Positions 48,162 to 57,820 of a DNA stretch of 63,254 bases are shown piece after piece. This stretch comes from a virus (Duplodnaviria > Caudoviricetes), in IMG/VR virus record IMGVR_UViG_3300049144_000047, positions 1-63,254 of that record; one strand, written 5' to 3'. The notes beneath the pieces are model-generated. The model made no database searches. It worked only from the letters and a program-made list of their open reading frames with translations, and was not told where the DNA came from. The position numbers and the translations under genes were made by a program. The stretch's first letter is position 1. Each line of letters opens with the position of its first letter.

Positions 48162-49055
48162 GTGAGCATCGACGCCATGTACTGGGTCTGGCTCCACTCC
48201 CAATCCAAGGGAGCCGGACGCCACGTGATGCTGGCCATCGCCAACCGAATCACGGGCAACGACGGTCAGGCGCGCGTCAGTACGTCCGAGCTTGTGCGGT
48301 TCAGCAATGCCGCCCGCTCGTCCGTCATCACGGCCATCGATGCCCTAGTGAAGTCCGGCGAACTGAACCTGCTCGAGGAGGGGCGCGGCACCAGGCCGGC
48401 GCTCTACAAGATCCCCGGAACCGTCGGTTATGTACGGCCCGACTACGGCTCTAGGGGTCCGGCTACCGGACCTCTAGACGATGACCAGAGGTCCGGAAAT
48501 CAGACCTCTAGCACTCAGCAGGGGTCCGAAAACCGGACCCCTGCTGAAAACCCTAGGGGTCCGGCTACCGGACCCCAGGGGTCCGAAAACCGGACCTCTA
48601 GGGGTCCGGCTACCGGACCCCATAACCACAACCATCTGAACCACGTAGAAGAAGCTGCTTCCGTCTCCGTGGCTCGCGAGTTCAGCGACGAGGAGATGAA
48701 GGAGTACGGCAACTTCTGGTTGCTGCACCCGAAGAGCAAGAACCCGAACGACACGCTCGAACTCTGGAAGGCCGCCGTGGCGAACGGCGAAGACCCGAAG
48801 GAGATCACTGCCGCCGCTGTGGCCTACGCCAAGGAGAAGGCAGGCGAGCCGTTCCGCTTCATCAAGCAGTCCGACAACTGGCTTCGTGAGCGCCGCTACA
48901 AGGACAAATTCGAGCCGGAGCCGAGCCCCGGACGCCCCGGCCACCTCCGCTCCGTGCCGACCGGATGGCAGGGCGCCAACCGCCCCCATCCCGCCACCGG
49001 CGCCGCCGCGCCCACGCCGACCGCCGACGACTACAAGAACGCGAGGCCCTTCTGA
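48162..49055 (+). CDS. Replication initiator (N-terminal HTH, internal iterons)
   Basis: HTH, FWLLHPK..NWLRERRY; upstream of DnaC/DnaB. Confidence 0.8.
   Translation: MSIDAMYWVWLHSQSKGAGRHVMLAIANRITGNDGQARVSTSELVRFSNAARSSVITAIDALVKSGELNLLEEGRGTRPALYKIPGTVGYVRPDYGSRGPATGPLDDDQRSGNQTSSTQQGSENRTPAENPRGPATGPQGSENRTSRGPATGPHNHNHLNHVEEAASVSVAREFSDEEMKEYGNFWLLHPKSKNPNDTLELWKAAVANGEDPKEITAAAVAYAKEKAGEPFRFIKQSDNWLRERRYKDKFEPEPSPGRPGHLRSVPTGWQGANRPHPATGAAAPTPTADDYKNARPF
48453..48621. repeat. Six palindromic iterons, putative origin
   Basis: AGRGGTCCG-N4-CCGGACCYC at about 48453, 48487 (degenerate), 48520, 48555, 48577, 48600. Confidence 0.8.
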
Positions 49056-49639
49056 TGAGCACTCCGGAAGAGCGGCGCGCCCGCCACGACGCGATGCAGG
49101 CCGCGGCCCGCGCCGAGATCCGCGGCCAGACCCTCGACCGCTACCTGGCCCGCCGCCCGAAATCCTTCGCCCAGGACCATCCGGTCCGCCCCGAAATCGA
49201 GAAGTGGATCAGCGACTTCCTGGCCGGCTCGCACGCCTCGCTGCTGCTCCTCGGAGAACCCGGCACCGGCAAGACCTGGCACCTGTGGAAGATCGGCGAA
49301 CTGCTGATCCGCCGCGGCTGGTTCGGCCGCTACTACCTGGTCTCCGACTTCGAGTTCAAGGCCGCCGCCGACCGGCCTGTCGACCGTGAACGCCTGGCGA
49401 CGTGGGCCGAGGCGCCCCTGATCGCTCTCGACGACTTGGGCGCCACCCAGCTGTACCCGTGGACGGTCGACGCGATCGCCCAACTGATCGACGCCCGCTG
49501 GCAGAACCAGCTGCCCACGCTCATCTCCACCAACCTGCCCACGCTCGAGCCGCTCGGCCCGCGCACCCAATCCCGCTTCGCTGACGGCGGATCCACATTC
49601 GCCGCCTTCACCGGAACCGACTTCAGGAAGAGTTCATGA
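49055..49639 (+). CDS. DnaC/IstB-like helicase loader ATPase
   Basis: GEPGTGKT, LDDLG, STN, FTGTDFR. Confidence 0.88.
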   Translation: MSTPEERRARHDAMQAAARAEIRGQTLDRYLARRPKSFAQDHPVRPEIEKWISDFLAGSHASLLLLGEPGTGKTWHLWKIGELLIRRGWFGRYYLVSDFEFKAAADRPVDRERLATWAEAPLIALDDLGATQLYPWTVDAIAQLIDARWQNQLPTLISTNLPTLEPLGPRTQSRFADGGSTFAAFTGTDFRKSS

Positions 49640-51000
49640 CCAACGACGCCCACGACTACGACGAGCCGGCCAACTCCGCGAAGCTGCCTCCGTTCGACCT
49701 GGAAGCCGAGAAGGCCGTCCTCGGCTCGATGATCCTGTCCGGCCGGGCCGCCGAGGAGATCATCGAAATCCTCGAGCCCGCCGACTTCTACCGGCCCGCC
49801 CACGAAACGATCTACCGAGCCCTCGTAGCCCTGCACGCCGACGGCAAAGCCCACGACCAGATCGCCCTCACCAACCAGCTCGAGAAGGACGGTGACCTCA
49901 CCCGCTGCGGCGGCGCCGGATACCCGATCGACCTGATGCGCGCCGTGCCCAGCGCCAGCCACGGCGAGTGGTACGCCGGCATCGTCCGCGAGAAGTCGGT
50001 TCTGCGCCGGGTGCTCAAGGCCGCCAACGGCATGGCCGACAGCGTCCACGGCCGCGAACACAGCCCCGACGAGATCATCCAGGACGCCTACGACGCCCTC
50101 GAAGGACTCGCCGGCCTGACCGACACGGGCGACGAGGACTTGTCGATCGGCGTCGACATCATGGACACCGTCGCCGAGGTCGTCGACATCCGCGAGAACG
50201 GCCCCAAGATCGGCCTGCTCACCGGGTTCATGGACTTCGACGCCCTCACCGGCGGCCTGCAGCCCGGCCAGTTCGTCCTCATCGCCGCCCGCCCCGCCAT
50301 GGGCAAGTCCGTCCTGGCCGGCGACTTCGCCCGCTACACGGCGATCCGCAACGACATCCCGACGCTGTTCTTCTCGCTCGAGATGGGCCGCAAGGAACTC
50401 GAGAAGCGGTTCCTGTCCGCGCAGGCCACCTACCCGCTGCACTGGATGAAAGCCAAGGGCCCGCTCGACGATGGCAAGGTCATGAAACTGATCGAGGCCG
50501 GCAAGGACATGCAGTCGTCGCCGCTGTCCATCGTCCCGGACACCGGAATCACCCTCGCCAAGATCCGCTCCCACTGTCGGCGAGTCCAGCGCCAGCACGG
50601 TCTCGGTCTAGTCGTCGTCGACTACCTGCAACTGATGGGCGGCGAATCCCAGGGCCGCAACGACAACCGGCAGCAGGAAGTCTCGAGGATCAGCCGCGGC
50701 TTGAAGACCCTCGCCATGGACCTCGGCATCCCGGTGATCGCCCTCTCGCAGTTGAACCGCGGGCCGGAGCAGCGGCAGGACAAGAAGCCGATGCTGTCCG
50801 ACCTTCGCGAGTCGGGGTCGCTCGAGCAGGACGCGGACATCGTGATCCTCCTGCACCGCGAGGACGCCTACGAGAAGGACTCCCCGCGCGCCGGCGAAGC
50901 CGACCTGATCGTCGCCAAGCACCGCAACGGACCCACCGCCACCATCACCGTCGCCTTCCAAGGGCATTACGCCCGATTCGTCGACATGGCCCAGACCTGA
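49636..51000 (+). CDS. dnaB: Replicative DNA helicase
   Basis: AARPAMGKS, DYLQL, SQLNR, DLRESGSLEQDAD, KHRNG. Confidence 0.97.
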   Translation: MTNDAHDYDEPANSAKLPPFDLEAEKAVLGSMILSGRAAEEIIEILEPADFYRPAHETIYRALVALHADGKAHDQIALTNQLEKDGDLTRCGGAGYPIDLMRAVPSASHGEWYAGIVREKSVLRRVLKAANGMADSVHGREHSPDEIIQDAYDALEGLAGLTDTGDEDLSIGVDIMDTVAEVVDIRENGPKIGLLTGFMDFDALTGGLQPGQFVLIAARPAMGKSVLAGDFARYTAIRNDIPTLFFSLEMGRKELEKRFLSAQATYPLHWMKAKGPLDDGKVMKLIEAGKDMQSSPLSIVPDTGITLAKIRSHCRRVQRQHGLGLVVVDYLQLMGGESQGRNDNRQQEVSRISRGLKTLAMDLGIPVIALSQLNRGPEQRQDKKPMLSDLRESGSLEQDADIVILLHREDAYEKDSPRAGEADLIVAKHRNGPTATITVAFQGHYARFVDMAQT

Positions 51001-51018
51001 CCCGAAAGGAGAACCACC

Positions 51019-51192
51019 GTGCCCTACCTCGACACCTGCAACCGATGCCTCACCGAAAACAGCCCCGCCATACCGCCGATCAAGGTCACACCCAGCGGCC
51101 CCGGCGCTGTCCAAGCGACCTATCGATGCCCGTCCTGCGGCGACGTCTGGACGACCGGATGGGCCGCCCAGTTCGACGAGGACGCCGCATGA
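51019..51192 (+). CDS. Small Zn-ribbon protein
   Basis: CNRC..CPSC; RBS aggag. Confidence 0.55.
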   Translation: MPYLDTCNRCLTENSPAIPPIKVTPSGPGAVQATYRCPSCGDVWTTGWAAQFDEDAA

Positions 51193-51413
51193 GCCGCCGC
51201 GAGCCCACCGTCCGCGTCCACCACAACCCCTCCGGCTGGGTGCTGCCCGACTTCACCGACCTGGCGGACTGCACCACCAACCACCTCCCCGGCAACACCG
51301 AGCCGTGCACCGCCCCCGCCGTGTGGAAGGTCGTTGAGGACCACGGCCTTCATCTGACGATCGGCTTCTGGTGCGACACCGACCTGCCCGCCAAGCACCG
51401 CGCCGCCGCCTGA
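51189..51413 (+). CDS. Hypothetical protein
   Basis: ATGA coupling. Confidence 0.5.
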   Translation: MSRREPTVRVHHNPSGWVLPDFTDLADCTTNHLPGNTEPCTAPAVWKVVEDHGLHLTIGFWCDTDLPAKHRAAA

Positions 51414-51546
51414 CCGCCGCACGTTGACCGTCGACCGCCCCCGGCCGGCCGCGCGACAGCCGCCCGCGGGGGACCGGTCACCGCCGACAGCACCCGCCCC
51501 ACACCACACCCCACCCACGAAAGAACAGGCCCCCGAAGGAGCAGCC

Positions 51547-51936
51547 ATGTCGTACCCGAACCTGCACACCCCGGAAGAGAAACTCGCCGACGCGAAGGAG
51601 CGCCTCAACATCCCCACCGTCGTCGCCATCTGCGGATCGACCCGCTTCATGGCGGAGATGACGGAGGTCGACGTCCGCGAGACGGCCGCCGGGCGGATCG
51701 TCGTCAAGCCGGGCTGTGACATGAAGCAGCCGCACGCCCTGTGGGCGGACCCGGCAGAGGCCGAGGCCTTGAAGGCCCGGCTGGACGATCTGCACCGGGC
51801 GAAGATCCGCCTCGCCGATGAGGTCCTCGTCGTCGGCGACTACATCGGCTCGTCGACCACCGCCGAGATCGCCTACGCCCGGTCGCTGGGCAAGCCCGTC
51901 CGGTTCACGCACCCGCACGTCGACCCGTCCGCCTGA
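51547..51936 (+). CDS. Nucleoside 2-deoxyribosyltransferase-like protein
   Basis: ICGSTRF..KIRLADEVLVV..YIGSST.AEI.YA..GKPV. Confidence 0.55.
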   Translation: MSYPNLHTPEEKLADAKERLNIPTVVAICGSTRFMAEMTEVDVRETAAGRIVVKPGCDMKQPHALWADPAEAEALKARLDDLHRAKIRLADEVLVVGDYIGSSTTAEIAYARSLGKPVRFTHPHVDPSA

Positions 51937-51987
51937 CTCCTGCCGCCGCCGGCATCACACCCCACCCCGGAAAGGACCACCACCGAC

Positions 51988-52626
51988 ATGACCAGCAGCC
52001 CGCTCACCGAGCAGCAGCTCGCCGAAATCGACGCCCGCCAGAAGGCCGCCACCGAGGGCCCGTGGACGGTGTCGGAGGACTACTCCGACGTCCTCGGCCC
52101 GGACGGCGAGCAGCTCGCCAGCTACTGGGACCCGACCAGCGAGACCCGTAACGGCGAGTTCATCGCCCACGCCCCGGAGGACGTGCCCGCGCTGCTCGCC
52201 GAGGTCCGCCGCCTGCGCGCCCGCGTCACGGAGCTGGAGGGCCCCGCCGTCGAGGCCCGCGCCGCGCTGGCCGCGCTCTGCTACGACCTCGAAGACCCCG
52301 GAAGCAACGCGCTCGGAGCTCTGTACCTGATCTCGCGGGCCACCGTCGGCGTCGAGGCCCCGAAGGACGACGCGGCTGCCGCCCTGGCCCGGCACGAGGC
52401 GCAGGTGATGCGCCGCTGCGCCGAGTTCGTCCGCGACACCTACGCAGGCGACTGGGCGGACGACGCGGCGGCCACGTTGGAGCGCGACGCCGGCATCGCC
52501 GAGCGCGGTTGTCCCGGCTTCGAGAAGGAGTACATGGGCGTCAGCGACGCCAAGAGGCGACTCGCCAACTGCAAGCACTGCGGCAAGCCTCGTGCCGCCC
52601 ACGCCGCCGCCGTCCCGTCTGCGTGA
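51988..52626 (+). CDS. Hypothetical protein
   Basis: TEGPW..FIAHAPEDVPALLAEV. Confidence 0.6.
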   Translation: MTSSPLTEQQLAEIDARQKAATEGPWTVSEDYSDVLGPDGEQLASYWDPTSETRNGEFIAHAPEDVPALLAEVRRLRARVTELEGPAVEARAALAALCYDLEDPGSNALGALYLISRATVGVEAPKDDAAAALARHEAQVMRRCAEFVRDTYAGDWADDAAATLERDAGIAERGCPGFEKEYMGVSDAKRRLANCKHCGKPRAAHAAAVPSA

Positions 52627-52635
52627 GGAGCCGAC

Positions 52636-52974
52636 ATGCCCACACCATCGCCCGCCGACGAGCTCGACCAGGCGCTGCGCCTCGTCGCCGCCCGCAAGCT
52701 GGCCGCCGCCAGTGCCCTCCAACGGTGGATGCACATCACCTTCGCCCGCGCCAACGCACTCCTCAACGAGCTGGAGCAGCAGGGCCACGTCGGTCCCGCC
52801 GACGGCAGCAGGGCCCGCGAGGTCTACGTCCGCTACTGCGAGCAGTGCGGCCGGATCGGCAGGCGCGGCTACCGGACGCTCGCCGACGACGCGCACGGCA
52901 TCGCGATCACGGAGTGCTCGAACCGGCAGGCGTGCCGCAAGCGCTGGCCCAAGCCGGTCCGGGACGACGAGTGA
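52636..52974 (+). CDS. Stand-alone FtsK gamma domain plus Cys-rich tail
   Basis: ASALQRWMHITFARANALLNELEQQGHVGPADGSRAREV. Confidence 0.75.
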   Translation: MPTPSPADELDQALRLVAARKLAAASALQRWMHITFARANALLNELEQQGHVGPADGSRAREVYVRYCEQCGRIGRRGYRTLADDAHGIAITECSNRQACRKRWPKPVRDDE

Positions 52975-53023
52975 CCGCCGCAACCACAACCGCCGCCGCC
53001 CGTACCGCGACCTGAGGAGCACC

Positions 53024-53290
53024 ATGACCACCAACGAGATGGCCGCCAGCCTGAAGCGCGACGGCTTCGCCCCTGACGAGATCGCCAACATGGTCGGCCC
53101 CGACATCGAGATGCAGCCCGTCCAACTCCGCTGGGGCCTCGACGACGTCCAGTGGGGCGACGACGACAGCGTGACCGTGATGCTGTCCGGCCCGGACGGT
53201 GAGCCGTACTGGCTGGAGCTCGACCCCGAGCGTGCCGCCGTGCTGCGGCAGGGCCTGGCCGGCCCGGACGGCGACTTGGCCACCCTGTGA
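53024..53290 (+). CDS. Hypothetical protein
   Basis: RBS gagga. Confidence 0.55.
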   Translation: MTTNEMAASLKRDGFAPDEIANMVGPDIEMQPVQLRWGLDDVQWGDDDSVTVMLSGPDGEPYWLELDPERAAVLRQGLAGPDGDLATL

Positions 53291-53499
53291 CCGTCTACTC
53301 CCTCGGCGTCGAGGTCTCCTGCGACGGCCCCGCCCCAGGGACTGACTGCCCGGACAGTGCCGCGATCCCGATCCGCTTCGGGTCGGTGACGGCTCGGCAG
53401 GTGCGTGCCGACGGCCGCGAGGACGGGTGGACCGTTCGGCGCGTCCAAGGGCGCCTCGTCGACGTCTGCCCGGCATGCCAGACCTGCGGCGCCACATGA
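53287..53499 (+). CDS. Small Cys-rich protein
   Basis: CDG..GW..DVCPAC. Confidence 0.55.
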   Translation: MTVYSLGVEVSCDGPAPGTDCPDSAAIPIRFGSVTARQVRADGREDGWTVRRVQGRLVDVCPACQTCGAT

Positions 53500-53573
53500 C
53501 CACGCAAGACCGGCCCGGGCGTGTCGTTACCACGCCCGGGCCTGATCGCAGCAAATCACGAAAGGAGGCACCG

Positions 53574-54095
53574 ATGATCGAGACGTTGAGCCAGGAGTCC
53601 ATCAAGCGCTTCTGGTCGAAGGTCGACAAGACCGGCGAGTGCTGGATGTGGACCGGCGCCAAGTCCAAGGGCGGGTACGGCAGTTTCTATACCCAGGGAA
53701 GACGAATCGTCGCCCACCGCTTGTCGTACCAACTAACCCATGGCGACATACCCAGCGGGCTGCTAGTGGATCACCTCTGCCATGGGTGGGACGAGAACTG
53801 CAAGGCGGTTGGCAACTGGTGCGCACACCGTCAATGCGTCAACCCTGACCACCTCGAAGCGGTAACTGCGCAGGTGAATCAGCTTCGCGGGCGGACGATA
53901 AGCGCCGAGGCGGCAAGGCGCACCCATTGCCCTCAGGGCCACCCGTATGACGAGGAAAACACCTACATGTACGGCCGCAAGCGCGGGTGCCGCGCTTGTA
54001 GCAGGGCGAAGGACAGCAAGCGCGTCCGAGTCAGCCGCCCGAGGGGCACTCTTCCGGCGTCGGTCAATCCTGCCCCCACCAAACCCTCCGCCTGA
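53574..54095 (+). CDS. HNH endonuclease
   Basis: [38 protein letters not shown]; lower GC. Confidence 0.88.
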   Translation: MIETLSQESIKRFWSKVDKTGECWMWTGAKSKGGYGSFYTQGRRIVAHRLSYQLTHGDIPSGLLVDHLCHGWDENCKAVGNWCAHRQCVNPDHLEAVTAQVNQLRGRTISAEAARRTHCPQGHPYDEENTYMYGRKRGCRACSRAKDSKRVRVSRPRGTLPASVNPAPTKPSA

Positions 54096-54160
54096 TCACC
54101 TGCCCGGGCCGGCCGCACGACGGCGGCCCGCCCGCCGGGCACGACCGAAAGAAGCCTCCG

Positions 54161-54673
54161 ATGACCACCCACCCGACCGCCATCTACGACGCGATCGACG
54201 CGTTCCAGCGCACGCACCGACTGCCCGGGTTGCAGCACGCACAGATCCGGGGCCTGCTCGCCGAGCACCTGGCCCGCGTGCTACCTGCCGTGTCTGCCGT
54301 GGCGCCCGCCACCGACCAGACCGCGCTCCGCGACCGGATCCGGCGGGTCCTCTGCGAGCGTGACGGCCAAGCCGCCCTGTGGGGCACGGACATGCTGGAG
54401 CCCGACGAGTACGGCGCGGACGCCGACGCGGTGTTGGCCGTGCTGCCCGCGAGCGTCGACCGGGACACCGTGCTGCGGGACGTCTTCGACGCCCTGGCGA
54501 CCGGGGCCGTCGCCTACGACCCCGACGCCCTACAGACAGCCCTGGACGCGGGCGGCGCTGAGGGGGTGGCCGTGTACGTCCAGACCACGATCGGCGCGCA
54601 CGTCCGCCACATGGCTACCGAGACGCAGCAGCCCGCCGCTGGGGCGCAGCAGCCGAAGGAGACCCGGCCGTGA
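54161..54673 (+). CDS. Hypothetical protein
   Basis: High-GC3 ORF. Confidence 0.55.
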   Translation: MTTHPTAIYDAIDAFQRTHRLPGLQHAQIRGLLAEHLARVLPAVSAVAPATDQTALRDRIRRVLCERDGQAALWGTDMLEPDEYGADADAVLAVLPASVDRDTVLRDVFDALATGAVAYDPDALQTALDAGGAEGVAVYVQTTIGAHVRHMATETQQPAAGAQQPKETRP

Positions 54674-54845
54674 CGAGCCTCGCCGACCGCCGTACCGCCG
54701 CCCTCACCGCACTCGCCCAACGAACCCAGCGCGATCAGCAGCGCTACCTCGGAGAGACCCAGCCGTCCGGCGACCTGCCGGACGACCCGTGGCAGGCGGC
54801 GGCCTACCTCGCTGCGACCCGCTGGCTGGGCGACAAGGAGCCGTC

Positions 54846-55127
54846 GTGACGCCGCTGCTGCTCGCCGCCGCCCTGGCCGTGGGGTACGCCCTCGGCCGGG
54901 CCCGGCTTGGACGCCGCGCTTCCCAGTGGGCCGCCTGGCAGCTGGTCGGCAAGCGCCCCACCGGCCCGCGCTGGTGGCTCGGCTACACCGTGCGGTCCGC
55001 CGAGGACATCGGCTGGCTGATCGCCCACCCCGTGCAGGGCGTGCACGCGTGGCAGCACCGCAACGACCCGCCGCCACCCCGCAGTCCGGCCCTGGAGATC
55101 CGCCGCTTCGACGAGGACCCGTCGTGA
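54846..55127 (+). CDS. Hypothetical membrane-associated protein
   Basis: Hydrophobic N-terminus; coupled. Confidence 0.5.
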   Translation: MTPLLLAAALAVGYALGRARLGRRASQWAAWQLVGKRPTGPRWWLGYTVRSAEDIGWLIAHPVQGVHAWQHRNDPPPPRSPALEIRRFDEDPS

Positions 55128-55390
55128 TCGCCGAGGCTGTCGACACCGTGTGGACGCTCGGCTGGGCGCTCCTCGTGTGGATCGTGCTGCTCGCCGCGAC
55201 CGCCACCCTCGCCCTGTGGACGGTCTTCGTCACCGTCGCGTGGGCGTGCCGGGGGCTGTGGCGGTGCGTGGTGGCGGTCAGGAGCTCCGTACAGCGCTCT
55301 GCGGTCCCCGAGTCGCCCCACGCCTCTCCCGTAGCCCCACAGGCCCCGCAACGGCCCTCGTGGGCCCAACCCGACAAGGAAGCCGCCTGA
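55124..55390 (+). CDS. Membrane protein
   Basis: Long hydrophobic stretch; coupled. Confidence 0.5.
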   Translation: MIAEAVDTVWTLGWALLVWIVLLAATATLALWTVFVTVAWACRGLWRCVVAVRSSVQRSAVPESPHASPVAPQAPQRPSWAQPDKEAA

Positions 55391-55722
55391 TGCCACCCCG
55401 CCTCGCCCAAGACCTCCCCACCTCCCGCATCGTCGGTGCCCACATCCACGCCCTCCGCACCGCACGCGGCTGGTCCCTCCGCGAAGTCGCACGGCAGACC
55501 GAGGCCGCAGGCAAACCGATCGGCTACGCCACCATCGGCCGCCTCGAACACGGACGTGACCCACAAGAGCCAGCCGTAGCCGTCATCGTCGACGACCTCG
55601 TCGCCCTCGCCGCCGTGTTCGGACTCCGGCCCGAGCAACTCCTCGCCGCGCCTGGCTGCTTCGTCTGCATGGACAACCCGCCTGCCGGGTTCGCCTGCCG
55701 CACCTGCGGCGCCGAAGCCTGA
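55390..55722 (+). CDS. XRE HTH protein with Cys-rich tail
   Basis: RGWSLREVAR..IGRLEHG; CFVC..CRTC. Confidence 0.75.
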   Translation: MPPRLAQDLPTSRIVGAHIHALRTARGWSLREVARQTEAAGKPIGYATIGRLEHGRDPQEPAVAVIVDDLVALAAVFGLRPEQLLAAPGCFVCMDNPPAGFACRTCGAEA

Positions 55723-55787
55723 CCCCACCCGCGGCGCCGGGTCCCGCCACCCAGCCCGGCGCCCCCAGCCAGCAAGGAACCAGACCC

Positions 55788-56213
55788 GTGGCCGACAAGC
55801 CCTACCGCATCCTCGTCACCGGCAGCCGCGACTGGCCCGACGAGGAATTCATCCGCCACCAGCTCACCCGCGCATGGCTCACCGTCGAAGGCCCATTCGT
55901 CGTCGTCCACGGCGCGTGCCCCACCGGCGCCGACGACGTGGCCTCCGACTGGGTCGCCAACATGCAGGAAGCCGAGATGGGCGACGTCCGCGAGGAACCA
56001 CACAGGGCCGAGGACTTCGGCCCCTGGCCAGCCTGCGGGCCGTTCCGGAACAAGCACATGGTCAGCCTCGGGGCGGACGCGTGCTTGGCCTTCATCGGCC
56101 CCTGCACCAGGCCGCGTTGCCGCCGCACCGACCCGCACCCCAGCCACGGGGCGAGCCACTGCGCCCACCTCGCCGAGAAGGCCGGGATCCCGACGAGGCG
56201 GTGGACCGCGTGA
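55788..56213 (+). CDS. SLOG-family (DUF2493/YspA-like) protein
   Basis: ILVTGSRDW, VVHGACPTGAD, GPFRN. Confidence 0.8.
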   Translation: MADKPYRILVTGSRDWPDEEFIRHQLTRAWLTVEGPFVVVHGACPTGADDVASDWVANMQEAEMGDVREEPHRAEDFGPWPACGPFRNKHMVSLGADACLAFIGPCTRPRCRRTDPHPSHGASHCAHLAEKAGIPTRRWTA

Positions 56214-56443
56214 CCGACCGCCCCGCCGAGGAGCAGCTCCGCACCCACATCCGCGCCGCACTCCAAGCCGCCGGCCTCTCCCAAGCCGAAACCGCCCGCC
56301 AACTCGGCCTGTCCACCAAGCACCTCAACATGATGCTCACCGGCAAGAGCCCGCTCAGCCTCACCTGGGCCGAAGGCATCCTCGGCCTCTGCGGCCACAA
56401 CCTCGTCATCGGCACACGACCCGACGAACCGGAGCAGCGATGA
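56210..56443 (+). CDS. XRE HTH protein
   Basis: GLSQAETARQLGLSTKHL. Confidence 0.75.
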   Translation: MTDRPAEEQLRTHIRAALQAAGLSQAETARQLGLSTKHLNMMLTGKSPLSLTWAEGILGLCGHNLVIGTRPDEPEQR

Positions 56444-56555
56444 CCGGCCTCGCCCCCGCACACGCCCGCCCGTGGCGTTGCCGCTGCGGACACCGCCACG
56501 ACCCCCACGCCACCATCTGCCGCTGGACCAACATCCCCCGGGAGCACCTGTGACC

Positions 56556-56738
56556 ATGAGCAAGCCGCGACGCCCGATAGCCCGCGAACTCCTTACGGCC
56601 ACGTCGGAACGGATCCTCGCCACCCGCTACCCCGGCCAAGTCCGCGCTGTCGTCATCGAACGCGCCCTGATGCGCATGGCCGCCGCGGACCAGCGACGCG
56701 AACGCGCAGCCGGCCGGCGGGAACGGTGGGTGCCGTGA
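56556..56738 (+). CDS. Hypothetical protein
   Basis: Coupled to next ORF. Confidence 0.45.
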   Translation: MSKPRRPIARELLTATSERILATRYPGQVRAVVIERALMRMAAADQRRERAAGRRERWVP

Positions 56739-57037
56739 CCACCAGCCGTCAACCCAGAGCCCGCGCCCCCAAGCCGAACCAGCACGACCGCGCCGCCCGT
56801 CAGGCCACCATCGACGCGCTTCTGCAGCGCGCCCTCCGCGGCGTCCTCACCATCCCGGAGGCCGCGGTCCTCGCCGAGTACTGGCGGGCCGAGCAGCGGC
56901 TCGCGGAGAAGACGCGCCGCAGCCTCGCCGACACCACCCGGGCGCTCCAACGCCACCGCGAAGCCGCCGACGCCGAGATCCGGCGACTCGAAAACCAGAT
57001 CAAGGAACTCGCCAAGCTCCTTACTGATGGCGAATGA
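56735..57037 (+). CDS. Coiled-coil hypothetical protein
   Basis: Ends at hairpin. Confidence 0.55.
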   Translation: MTTSRQPRARAPKPNQHDRAARQATIDALLQRALRGVLTIPEAAVLAEYWRAEQRLAEKTRRSLADTTRALQRHREAADAEIRRLENQIKELAKLLTDGE

Positions 57038-57039
57038 CA

Positions 57040-57074
57040 GAAGCCCCCGCCCGGGCGATCCGGGCGGGGGCTTC
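57040..57074. terminator. Bidirectional hairpin terminator
   Basis: gaagcccccgcccgg..ccgggcgggggcttc between convergent genes. Confidence 0.7.
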
Positions 57075-57086
57075 ACGCCTGTCCGC

Positions 57087-57332
57087 CTACGCAGCCTCCT
57101 CGATCACCGGCGGCTTCTTCCCGGCGAGCACTTGCCGCACCCATCCCTCCGACAGCCTCAGCCGCGCCGCGAGTTCCGGCACGGGCACGCCCCGCCGGTA
57201 CGCCGCCCGCAGTGTGACGTTCCGCCGCTGCTGCCACCGCTCTCGCGCCGTCCCGCCCGCCACCGTCCGGTGCAGTACCACCGCCAGCCGTAGCAGCAGT
57301 CGGCCCGCCGTGTCGTTCCACCTACGTTGCAC
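57087..57332 (-). CDS. Small HTH protein
   Basis: GVPVPELAARLRLSEGWVRQVL. Confidence 0.55.
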   Translation of the reverse strand: MQRRWNDTAGRLLLRLAVVLHRTVAGGTARERWQQRRNVTLRAAYRRGVPVPELAARLRLSEGWVRQVLAGKKPPVIEEAA

Positions 57333-57424
57333 GTAAGCCCCCTGTCGTGGTTGCGACACCCCGCTGACAGCCCACGGTCAGGGGAATGCGGCTCGGCCAC
57401 AAGGGCGCGAACCGGGCACACGAA

Positions 57425-57455
57425 AGCGCCCCCAGCCTCGATGGCTGGGGGCGCT
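57425..57455 (-). terminator. Hairpin terminator after ASCH gene
   Basis: agcgcccccagcc..ggctgggggcgct then T-run on minus strand. Confidence 0.65.
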
Positions 57456-57466
57456 GCAGCAAGCCG

Positions 57467-57820
57467 TCAGGCGGCGAGGAGCTTGATCTCGATCGCAAGC
57501 GCCCCGAGCGCCTCCTTCTCCGGCGGATAGATCCCGCGGATGTTCGCGAGCTGCTGCTCGCGCGTGCTGGCCGGGTTGACGTTCGCCGGTCCCTCGCCGT
57601 CGAGGAGCGCCTCGAAGTTCGGGTACTCCGTCACCCGCAGCACCCGGACGTCGCACGTCTCCCCGGTGCCCTTGATCCGGAACCGGATCGTGTCGCCAGC
57701 AGTCATGTCGGCGAGGTGCGGATACTTCACCCGGACCTCGATCGACTTGCGGCCAGCCGCGACCAGATCGAAGTACTGGCGGTACAGGTTGAGTTCGTGC
57801 CGGCGAGCGGTGGTCGGCAT
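57467..57820 (-). CDS. ASCH domain protein (second type)
   Basis: YFDLVAAGRKSIEVR..GDTIRF..IYPPEKEALG. Confidence 0.82.
   Translation of the reverse strand: MPTTARRHELNLYRQYFDLVAAGRKSIEVRVKYPHLADMTAGDTIRFRIKGTGETCDVRVLRVTEYPNFEALLDGEGPANVNPASTREQQLANIRGIYPPEKEALGALAIEIKLLAA

Noticed and set aside
48453-48621. Possible CRISPR-like array
   Set aside because: Spacers are 0-13 bp, repeats lie in frame within a gene, and there are no cas genes; better explained as iterons
53574-54095. HNH as packaging nuclease or intron-encoded protein
   Set aside because: Far from the terminase, intergenic, and no split host gene; looks like a free-standing homing endonuclease
57348-57369. Additional TGTCAG damage-type promoter
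   Set aside because: Lacks the TA-N3-T element at the required spacing
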